This document shows positions 37,317 to 44,736 of a stretch of DNA of 57,340 nucleotides, piece by piece. The notes under the pieces were generated by a model. It was not told the DNA's origin and searched no databases. It worked only from the letters and a program-made list of their open reading frames with translations. The DNA is from Stellaceae bacterium (GTDB taxonomy: Bacteria; Pseudomonadota; Alphaproteobacteria; ATCC43930; CGMCC-115725): positions 1-57,340 of the forward strand of contig JBARKH010000644.1 of NCBI GenBank assembly GCA_049801295.1, written 5' to 3'. Position 1 is the first letter of the stretch. Each line of letters begins with the position of its first letter. A program made the position numbers and the translations under genes.

Positions 37317-37383
37317 CTGACGCCTCAATCCTCTCTATTCGTGGAAGGTTTCTTCGCGCGAACTGCGTCGTCGGCTTGCCGAA

Positions 37384-37749
37384 CTACGCCGCTCGCGGAA
37401 TACCGGGCTCGGGTGGCCGTTCATTCTGATCCACGCTGTCTCGAATGCGGGCGGCGAAGCCGTAGTCGCGAAAACACTCGACCGCGATCTCGGCCTCGTC
37501 GCGCGGCACTCCGCGAACCCACGTTCCGTTCGTAATGCTGCGGTCGACCTTGAGGCCGAGGGCCTCGGCAGCCGCTTGCGCATTGGCAGGAATAGCAATA
37601 TCGACGAGATCAATCACCTGGATCTCCCCGGCTCGAATGTTGTCGCCAAACTCCGGCGCGCCGCAGCAGCGACAGCAAGGCCGTCGCTCAGGTGCACGCG
37701 GTGCGCGCCCAGCGGGATATAGATCGAGACAACGGCATAAAAAATCCAT
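37384..37749 (-). CDS. hypothetical protein (the true start may be an internal GTG)
   Basis: 121-aa ORF whose N-terminal third is Cys/Arg/Pro-rich and dubious. The GTG in ..GGGGAGATCCAGGTGATT.. would give about 77 aa (VIDLVDIAIPANAQAAAEALGLKVDRS...). Confidence 0.35.
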   Translation of the reverse strand: MDFLCRCLDLYPAGRAPRAPERRPCCRCCGAPEFGDNIRAGEIQVIDLVDIAIPANAQAAAEALGLKVDRSITNGTWVRGVPRDEAEIAVECFRDYGFAARIRDSVDQNERPPEPGIPRAA

Positions 37750-37796
37750 TCAAATCGGTGCACGAATTTGTATATCCGTGGCTTTCCGCACCGCCT

Positions 37797-38618
37797 TTAC
37801 TTCGGCGCGCCGTGATAATAGACGGCGAGCGCTTTGATCTCCGCGGTGGACAAGGCGCGGGCAATCGTCCGCATCCGGCCGAACGCGTCGTTACGGCGTT
37901 CGCCAGCGGCGAAGGACTGGAGCTGAAGCGTGATGTAATCACCGGATTGACCGATCAGCAGCGGCGTCTCCGCCGGGCCGGCGCCGCGGTTCGGCCCATG
38001 GCATACGTCGCACGCGGCAATCGCGCGCGATGGGTCGCCGGCTTCCGCTATTTGGCGGATTTCCGTCATCACGGCGTTTCGCGCCGTTGCCCGTGCGTCG
38101 GGTGCCAGCCCGGCATAGAACGCCGCGAGATTGGGCAGCTGCGCTTCGGGGACCGAGCCGATGATCGGAGTCATGATGTCCGAGACGCGGGCATGGCTGC
38201 GGTAGTCGAGCAGCTGCTTGAGGATGGCAGCTGCGGGTTCGCCGGCGAGGTTCGGGAATTGCGGGTCGGGGCCGATCCCTTTCTCGCCGTGGCAGGCCGA
38301 GCAATTATCGGCCGCAAAAGCGGCGCCCTCCCGCGGATCGGCGCTGGCGAACAGTTTCATCGTTGCCGGCGACCAGGCGAATTGCGAGGTGGTCGGGGCC
38401 GGAGCGACACGGGGTGCCGCGGCACCGATCGCGGGCACCCCGATGGCCCGGCAGATCGCGGCAAAAGTGCCGAGACCGGTTTCGCCGCGCTGGCCGAGGG
38501 GTATCACGATAAAGCCCAGCAGGAGGCTCACGGCGACAAAGCCGAGAATCGCAACGCTGGCCCACAGTCGCCAGGATCGGTCGATCGATCGCGGCGTAGG
38601 CGGGGCGTTTACCGCCAT
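37797..38618 (-). CDS. membrane-anchored dihaem cytochrome c
   Basis: In-frame ATG at 38618, 2 nt after the subunit I stop. N-terminal TM (LWASVAILGFVAVSLLLGFIVIPL) and two CxxCH motifs (CSACHG, CDVCHG). Confidence 0.85.
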   Translation of the reverse strand: MAVNAPPTPRSIDRSWRLWASVAILGFVAVSLLLGFIVIPLGQRGETGLGTFAAICRAIGVPAIGAAAPRVAPAPTTSQFAWSPATMKLFASADPREGAAFAADNCSACHGEKGIGPDPQFPNLAGEPAAAILKQLLDYRSHARVSDIMTPIIGSVPEAQLPNLAAFYAGLAPDARATARNAVMTEIRQIAEAGDPSRAIAACDVCHGPNRGAGPAETPLLIGQSGDYITLQLQSFAAGERRNDAFGRMRTIARALSTAEIKALAVYYHGAPK

Positions 38619-38620
38619 GC

Positions 38621-40246
38621 TCAACCCCCCGAACCGATACGGTGAACCATCGCCGGCGGGGCCTCGATCCAGAAGAACTGCGCGATCGGATAGCCGTAGG
38701 CGATCAGCATCAGCACGCCAACCAGCGCGTTCCACAGGCCGAACCCGTTGAGAGCGGCGGGCAGCCGCTGCGGCGGATGCACTGCGACCGCATAGCGCAG
38801 ATGCCGGTTGGGTTCGGGTGCGCCGGCATGTCCGGCTGCAAGGTTCCAGATTAACAGGAGCGCGCTCGCCAGCATCACGAACCCGCCGATCGTCGAGACG
38901 ATGACCCAGGGCCCCCAAGATGCGATCTCCGGGTTGGCGTAGTTGAAGATCGCAACACGTCGAGGCTGGCCGAACAGCCCGAGCACATGCCAGGGCACGG
39001 TCATGATCATGATGCCGAGGAACCACAGCCAGAGCTGTGCCCTGAGGGGCGCGAGCGAGCGGGGTTGGCGCCCGACGAGCTTCGGCCAGATCTCATAGGC
39101 GATCGCGAAATACATGATGACCACGGAGCCGCCGAAGATTAGGTGGAAATGCGCGGTCACCCATGAGGTGTTGTGCACCATCGCATTCATGCCGTAGCTC
39201 ATGTTGACGATCCCGCCGAAACCGCCGAAACCGAGCATCACGAAGGCGAGGCCGGTCGCCAGCACCGTCGGATTTTTCCAGGGCAGCGCCGGGATCCAGC
39301 CAAACAAACCGCGGCCACCTCTGACCCGTCCCGCTATCTCCAAAGAAGCGCTGATCGTGAACACCGTCAGCAAGGTCGGGACCGCGACGAGCACCGTCAG
39401 CGACATTTGCAGAAACTTGAAACCGGTCCCGTGTTCCGGGTCCATGAACAGGTGGTGCATGCCGACGGGCAGGCTATAGATCAGAAAGAGGATGAAGGTC
39501 AGCCGCCCCATCGTGTCGCTGTAGAGCCGCCCGCCCGCCGCCCGCGGCGCCATCGTGTAGAACGCGATGTAGGCCGGGATCAGCCAGAAATAGACGATGG
39601 CGTGGAGCGTCCATGAAAACAGCGTGCGGGACAGCCCGACATCGATCGTGTCCTTCAACCCGAGCGCCGCCGGGATCACCTGGAACAGCAGCTCCACCGC
39701 GACGCCGAGCGTGGTCCACAGCCACATGATTGCATTCGCGACCGTGCCGAACATCGCGAGCGGGACCGGACGACCGGGGTACTCGCGTTTCCAGCCCGCC
39801 ATCGCAACAATCATCAGCCCCGCCCAAATCCAGGAACCGACAACGACGAGCACCAGCCCAATGTAAAAGAAGGCGTTGGCAAGCAGCGGCGGGTAGAAGG
39901 TGTACATCACAGTGGCCTTGCCGAGCAGGACCGTGATGACGGCCATCGCCGTCCCGAGCAGCGCCAGCGCGAACCCGACCCATGCGGCACCTGGGGCCGG
40001 CAGCTTCCGCTCGAGGGCGGTCTCCGCGACAAAGTAGCCGAAGCCCATGATGAAGAAGGTCGTCATCACATAGGCCATTGCGGCGCCGTGCAGGGTGACC
40101 GACGCGAAGTAGGCGTCCGGCGTATCAAAGGGCGCCGGGAGCGGGCTGCGCACGAGCATCTGCCAAGCGCCCAGCGCCGCCGCCGCGGCAAAAACGGCAA
40201 AGGCCACCCAGAGATGGGCGAGCGTCAGCCGGTTGATGCTAGCCAC
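38621..40246 (-). CDS. cbaA: B-family (ba3-type) cytochrome c oxidase subunit I
   Basis: 541 aa, polytopic, with the haem/CuB His pattern (WTLHAIVYFWLIPAY, GMHHLFMDP..., VHNTSWVTAHFHL) as in ba3-type enzymes. Confidence 0.88.
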   Translation of the reverse strand: MASINRLTLAHLWVAFAVFAAAAALGAWQMLVRSPLPAPFDTPDAYFASVTLHGAAMAYVMTTFFIMGFGYFVAETALERKLPAPGAAWVGFALALLGTAMAVITVLLGKATVMYTFYPPLLANAFFYIGLVLVVVGSWIWAGLMIVAMAGWKREYPGRPVPLAMFGTVANAIMWLWTTLGVAVELLFQVIPAALGLKDTIDVGLSRTLFSWTLHAIVYFWLIPAYIAFYTMAPRAAGGRLYSDTMGRLTFILFLIYSLPVGMHHLFMDPEHGTGFKFLQMSLTVLVAVPTLLTVFTISASLEIAGRVRGGRGLFGWIPALPWKNPTVLATGLAFVMLGFGGFGGIVNMSYGMNAMVHNTSWVTAHFHLIFGGSVVIMYFAIAYEIWPKLVGRQPRSLAPLRAQLWLWFLGIMIMTVPWHVLGLFGQPRRVAIFNYANPEIASWGPWVIVSTIGGFVMLASALLLIWNLAAGHAGAPEPNRHLRYAVAVHPPQRLPAALNGFGLWNALVGVLMLIAYGYPIAQFFWIEAPPAMVHRIGSGG

Positions 40247-40769
40247 AGCGCACCTTTCCGTTCGGGTCGGGATGCCAGCTCTCGGCCGGGATGACGCGGA
40301 TCACACCCCACATCTCGCTATGCCCGATGCCGCAGAATTCGTGGCACGGCATGAGGTAGTCGCCCGCTGCCGTGAACACCGTGTGGATCTGGGAGACATA
40401 GCCGGGGACCACCATCGTATTGACGTTTGTCCCGGTGACGATCAGCCCGTGGATGACGTCCGGGGTAGCGAGGCGGATGGTCACGCGCTTGCCGGCCGGG
40501 AGCGGGACACACGGCGGCACGAAGGCAAACTGTGTCGCCACGATACGGGCCGTGACATTCCCGTCCGGATCGACCGTCGTTCCGAGGTTTTCCTCGACGA
40601 ACTCTCCTTGGCGTTGCAGGGTCGTCGGATCGATCAGCTCGACATTGCTCGGCGGGACGATCGCCAGCGCCGCCGCAGTCACCACGATAACGGCGAAGAT
40701 CAGCCCGGCGGCACCGGCGACGACTGCGCCCCAGCGCAGTTCGCGTCGCAATATCTCCTGTTCGGTCAT
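40239..40769 (-). CDS. cbaB: ba3-type cytochrome c oxidase subunit II (cupredoxin, CuA)
   Basis: Trimmed to MTEQEILRRELRWG... One TM plus the CuA motif DVIHG...CHEFCGIGHSEM. Its 3' end overlaps the subunit I start by 8 nt. Confidence 0.88.
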   Translation of the reverse strand: MTEQEILRRELRWGAVVAGAAGLIFAVIVVTAAALAIVPPSNVELIDPTTLQRQGEFVEENLGTTVDPDGNVTARIVATQFAFVPPCVPLPAGKRVTIRLATPDVIHGLIVTGTNVNTMVVPGYVSQIHTVFTAAGDYLMPCHEFCGIGHSEMWGVIRVIPAESWHPDPNGKVRCG

Positions 40770-40779
40770 CGTCGGCCCC

Positions 40780-41004
40780 TCACCCCACTGCGCCGCGGGG
40801 AAGAAGGACGAGGAAATAGACAATCAGCCAGCACCCGATCAGAATCGCGAGAGCGATCCCGGCAAGGGCGAAGGCGCCGCGCGGCGCCACCCGAAGCGCC
40901 GCTTCGAGCGCGGCCGCAGACGGTGCGTCAGATCCGTCCTCCAAATGATCCGCAGCCGGCGGTTCATCGCGAATCGACACGGATCGCCTACCTTCCTCCG
41001 ACAT
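40780..41004 (-). CDS. ba3-type oxidase subunit IIa-like single-TM peptide with an N-terminal extension
   Basis: The C-terminus APRGAFALAGIALAILIGCWLIVYFLVLLPRG resembles Thermus ba3 subunit IIa as I recall it (..KPKGALAVILVLTLTILVFWLGVYAVFFARG). The start is uncertain; candidate ATGs are at 41004, 41031, 41043 and 41061. Confidence 0.55.
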   Translation of the reverse strand: MSEEGRRSVSIRDEPPAADHLEDGSDAPSAAALEAALRVAPRGAFALAGIALAILIGCWLIVYFLVLLPRGAVG

Positions 41005-41124
41005 TCGCCGGACGCCCGCTTTGAGCCACATCAGGATGCCCATATCGGGCTTCATCGGCAAGGTAGGGCGGCAGCGGTGGCGAACTTGGGGGCTCCGAGG
41101 CGGCGGGTTGGCCCCTCATCATGA

Positions 41125-43632
41125 TCAAACCGGAGCCTCGGACGAATTTACGCGATCCGCAGTGTTCATCACCCGCCGGGCCTCAGCGATGCGATTGATC
41201 GTGGCTTTCGCTTCGGGGTTCGCCGCTATGAACCGCTCGAAATCCGCCCGCCGCAATACGAGCAGCTGGCAATAGGTCAGAGCGACGACGTCTGACTGCC
41301 GCGGCCGACCGGACAGCAGCGCCAATTCCCCGAAGAACTCGCCGCTCCCGAGCCGCACGCGCCGCTTCTGGAGGATCACCTCGACCGCCCCGGATGCGAT
41401 GAAGAAGACTGCATCGCCCCGCTCCCCCTTGCGAATGATGTGATCGTTCGGTACCGCGAAGCGGGGACGCAACAGCCGGCACACGCGGTCGAGCTGGCGC
41501 TCGTCAAGGCCGGCCAATATGTCGAGCCGGCCAACCAACTGATGGGTGTCGAGCCCGATATCGAAGCGGGGGCGCTGTTCGGCGGCCCGGGCGCCGAGCA
41601 CGCTTCGCTTCAAATCGTCGTACACCTCATGCGCGATCAGCCCCTCCTCGAACAGGCTCTGATATCGCGTTAATTCCTGGCGCAGCGTCGATTGACGGAG
41701 AAACCGCACCTCGATCTCCGCCGCGTAATCGGGGTATTGCCGGCGCAGCGCATCGAGCGCGCTGGCGACCGCGTCGCGCCGCTGGCCGATGATCTCGCCG
41801 GTGATGCCGGCGATGCGCTCGCCGAAGAGCGGGCGCACCTGCTGATCGATGAAGCGGACCAAGCGCTCGATCGCGAAGCCCATGATCAAGAGGATTTCGA
41901 GCCGATCGGCGAGGCGGTCAGCGAGAGGTCGGACGATGCCCAGCCGGCGATAGAGAAAATGGGCGAAGCGAAAGCCGAACGGAAACGCGAGGGCCGCCTC
42001 GCCGGCTTTGCGATAACCGAGGCGCCCTTCGCTCCGCGCCGCCTCGGCAAAGGCGTCGGCGTTACCAAGCAACACCTGGACCGCGGCCGGCGAGGCAACC
42101 CGATCGCTCCCCATCCCGAGGACCAGCACGCGCTCCTGGTTGCCGAGAGCGACGAGTGCAATCGCCAGACGGTCTCGCTCGGTCAGGTTCGGTGTCGTGG
42201 CCGCCTCGGCGTTGGCCGCCGCGATCTTGGCTTCATAGGGGGCGATGGCGCGCTCGACGGTCGATGGGGAGAGAGCGTGAGTCCGCGCGATCTCGTGCGC
42301 CGCCTCGCGGGCCTCCGTATAGGACAGTGCCAGGATCTGGTCGCGCAGCGCCGCATCTCTCGGCGATAAGCGGTCCAGGCCCAAGAGACCGATGACCAGA
42401 CGCAGCGTCGTGCCGTTGACAAACAATGTGAACAGCACGAAGCCGGTCGCCAGCACGGCGACAAAGCGCTGGATATCCGGCGGCAGCGCCCGGTTTTCGG
42501 TCACCGCCAGGGCCAACACCAAGGTCAGCGCGCCGCGCAGACCGCCCCAGATGATCGCGAGCTTGTACGAGGCGTCGATGCGCTGGGTCAGCCCGAAATG
42601 CTCGAGCGGCGGTACGAGGATGAATAGCGCGAAAACGCGCGCTCCGAACGCGGCCGCGATCGTCACGCCCAACAAGAGCACGTCGCGAAACCCGATATGG
42701 ACCAGCAGTCTCGGGACCAGGATCGAGGCCAGCACAAAGATCAACGACCGCGCCCAGAACGCGATCTGTTCCCAGAGATCGGCGAGGAATGACCAATTTT
42801 CAGGGGCGATCCGGGACGGTCCGAGCGCACTTACCGTCAGGCCCGCCACCAAGACCGCCACCACGCCGGACACGTGAAAGAGGCGCTCCGCAGCGATAAA
42901 CGCCAGGTAGGCAAAGGCCAGGGTCAGCGTTGCTTCCGCCAGCCGGTCGTCGCCAACCCGCGGAATGATCCAGAGCAAGAAGCGGCCCGCAAGGAGCCCG
43001 ACGATCCCACCGCCGACAAAGGACACCGAAAACTCGCCGAGCCCGGCGGCCGCATTCGGTTCGCGCCCCGTCAGGATCATTCCGAGGAGCACGACGAACA
43101 GCGCAATCGCGGCGGCGTCGTTGAGCAACGCTTCTCCCTCGACCAGCCGCGTCAGCCGCGCTGGCGCGCCGACGTCGCGGAAGACGGCGATGACCGCCGC
43201 CGGGTCCGTCGTGGCGACGACGGCGCCGAGGAGGAGGCAAACCACGAGCGGAACCCCCGCGAACGGCCACAGGGCAAAGCCGACCATCGCCGTCGCGATC
43301 AGTGTGGCGATAACCGCGAGGAGCAATATCGCGGCGGCGTCTTCGAGAGTCCGTCTGACGTCCGTGGCAATCCCGGCCTCGAAAACGAGCAGCGGCAGAA
43401 AAACGTAGATGAAGGTGACCGAATTGACCGGCACATCGCCAAACGGCCCGATGCCGACCGGGCCGGACAGCCCCAATTGGTTCGAGACCGCCGGGAACGC
43501 GCCGATCCCGACACCAACCGCGGCAAGCAGAACGGATGGCGGCACCTTCAGGCGAACCGCAAGCGGCTGGCTTATCCCGACAACGACCAGCAGGCTCGCA
43601 ATGACGAGCAGCACAAACACGGTATCAAGCAT
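41125..43632 (-). CDS. CPA1-family Na+/H+ (cation/proton) antiporter fused to a C-terminal cyclic-nucleotide-binding domain
   Basis: Trimmed to MLDTVFVLLVIASLLVV... About 12 TM with an ATDPAAV-type motif, then a long linker and a cNMP-binding fold (FFGELALLSGRPRQSDVVA). Confidence 0.85.
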   Translation of the reverse strand: MLDTVFVLLVIASLLVVVGISQPLAVRLKVPPSVLLAAVGVGIGAFPAVSNQLGLSGPVGIGPFGDVPVNSVTFIYVFLPLLVFEAGIATDVRRTLEDAAAILLLAVIATLIATAMVGFALWPFAGVPLVVCLLLGAVVATTDPAAVIAVFRDVGAPARLTRLVEGEALLNDAAAIALFVVLLGMILTGREPNAAAGLGEFSVSFVGGGIVGLLAGRFLLWIIPRVGDDRLAEATLTLAFAYLAFIAAERLFHVSGVVAVLVAGLTVSALGPSRIAPENWSFLADLWEQIAFWARSLIFVLASILVPRLLVHIGFRDVLLLGVTIAAAFGARVFALFILVPPLEHFGLTQRIDASYKLAIIWGGLRGALTLVLALAVTENRALPPDIQRFVAVLATGFVLFTLFVNGTTLRLVIGLLGLDRLSPRDAALRDQILALSYTEAREAAHEIARTHALSPSTVERAIAPYEAKIAAANAEAATTPNLTERDRLAIALVALGNQERVLVLGMGSDRVASPAAVQVLLGNADAFAEAARSEGRLGYRKAGEAALAFPFGFRFAHFLYRRLGIVRPLADRLADRLEILLIMGFAIERLVRFIDQQVRPLFGERIAGITGEIIGQRRDAVASALDALRRQYPDYAAEIEVRFLRQSTLRQELTRYQSLFEEGLIAHEVYDDLKRSVLGARAAEQRPRFDIGLDTHQLVGRLDILAGLDERQLDRVCRLLRPRFAVPNDHIIRKGERGDAVFFIASGAVEVILQKRRVRLGSGEFFGELALLSGRPRQSDVVALTYCQLLVLRRADFERFIAANPEAKATINRIAEARRVMNTADRVNSSEAPV

Positions 43633-44128
43633 GGTGTCCAGGCGGCCTGCATGGTTCGACAGAACAGTAACGGCGGAAGCCGGCGAGCCGATCGTACTAC
43701 GCAAGCGCGCAGCTGCGGCGACGGCGACCGGATCGAATCCCCTACCAATCCCATAATATAGAGGCCAGGCTCATCGGGCCAGAATAACCGGAACTGTCCT
43801 GTATCCCCGCCGACCATATTGTTTTTTAAAGATCCTATTTTTACGGTTTTTATATTTTGTCAGATGGTGGTGGAGTTGGCCGGTCCCTCCTTTACCTTAA
43901 GACTTCTGGGACGGCTTGGTTGGTCGCATCTGCGACCCGCGGGACGGGGACGTCGCCGCCGGCCTCGGGGAAGGGTCAAGGGACATGGCTGGCGAGGGTA
44001 TATGCCCCTCACCTATGATTGGTCTATTACCATCTACCGGCAGCTATGCCGGACCAGCGCGCGATGGAACATATGATGATGTATATCTCGGCCGCCTTAC
44101 CTATAAGTTATTGATTTTTCTCAAAGGG

Positions 44129-44220
44129 TGGCGGAGGGGATGGGATTCGAACCCACGATACAGTGTTAACCGTATAACGGTTTAGCAAACCGCCGCCTTC
44201 AGCCACTCGGCCACCCCTCC
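44129..44220 (-). tRNA. tRNA-Ser (anticodon GCU), CCA encoded
   Basis: Hand-folded. Acceptor GGAGGGG/CCCCTCC, discriminator G, D-arm GCCGAGTGGCTGAAGGC, anticodon loop TTGCTAA, long variable arm, T-loop TTCGAAT. Confidence 0.85.
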
Positions 44221-44351
44221 ACCGATGAGCAGGTGCACGGCGTATGCCGCACCATCTGTAGAGTTTCAAGCTGGAGCGGTCAACCGGGTCCGCCTTGGCG
44301 CAAAAGAACGTATCACGAAATTGGCGCCGGATTGGCACCGGAGCCCTTTCA

Positions 44352-44483
44352 TCACGTCAGCTTTCTTGGCATCCCGCCCATGGCCGCGTCCATGGCCTTT
44401 GCGGCCCAATCGGCCTTGTCGGCGAAAAGGTGTGTGTAGGTGTTCAGCGTGAACGCCGCCGAGGCGTGTCCGAGCCGACCGTC
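44352..44483 (-). pseudogene. tyrosine-recombinase C-terminal remnant
   Basis: Reverse translation gives DGRLGHASAAFTLNTYTHLFADKADWAAKAMDAAMGGMPRKLT*. This is the LGHxS...Y-x-H catalytic-Tyr end of phage-type integrases. Nothing lies upstream of it in frame. Confidence 0.6.
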
Positions 44484-44616
44484 TGCATGGCGACAATCGC
44501 GGCGACCGCGATCAGCGCAGCGATCAGACCATACTCGATTGCGGTTGCCCCGGAGTCGTCACGCACCAGGCGGCAATAACCGAATTCCGCGCGAAACGTT
44601 CATCCAACAAGCCCAT
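44444..44616 (-). pseudogene. Flp/Fap-type pilin-like gene, apparently disrupted and chimeric
   Basis: A strong RBS (AAGGAGA) plus ATG at 44616 gives MGLLDERFARNS... The Flp core ..RDDSGATAIEYGLIAALIAVAAIVAMQTVGS is in a different frame (GTG at 44566), and its 3' end runs into the integrase remnant. Confidence 0.4.
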
Positions 44617-44736
44617 CACAAATCTCCTTGGTTGATTGCGTGTTACAGGCTGGACGATACGTCGCGATCGGGGACCGGGAAATTCGGTTTTATCCTGCCG
44701 GTAAACTACCTTTGCAGGAGCTAGGTCCCGGTCGTC

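Noticed and set aside
43819-44076. An 85-aa plus-strand ORF in the AT-rich gap between the antiporter gene and tRNA-Ser.
   Set aside because: Mixed composition, no RBS and no motifs. The region more likely holds the antiporter promoter and the tRNA terminator.
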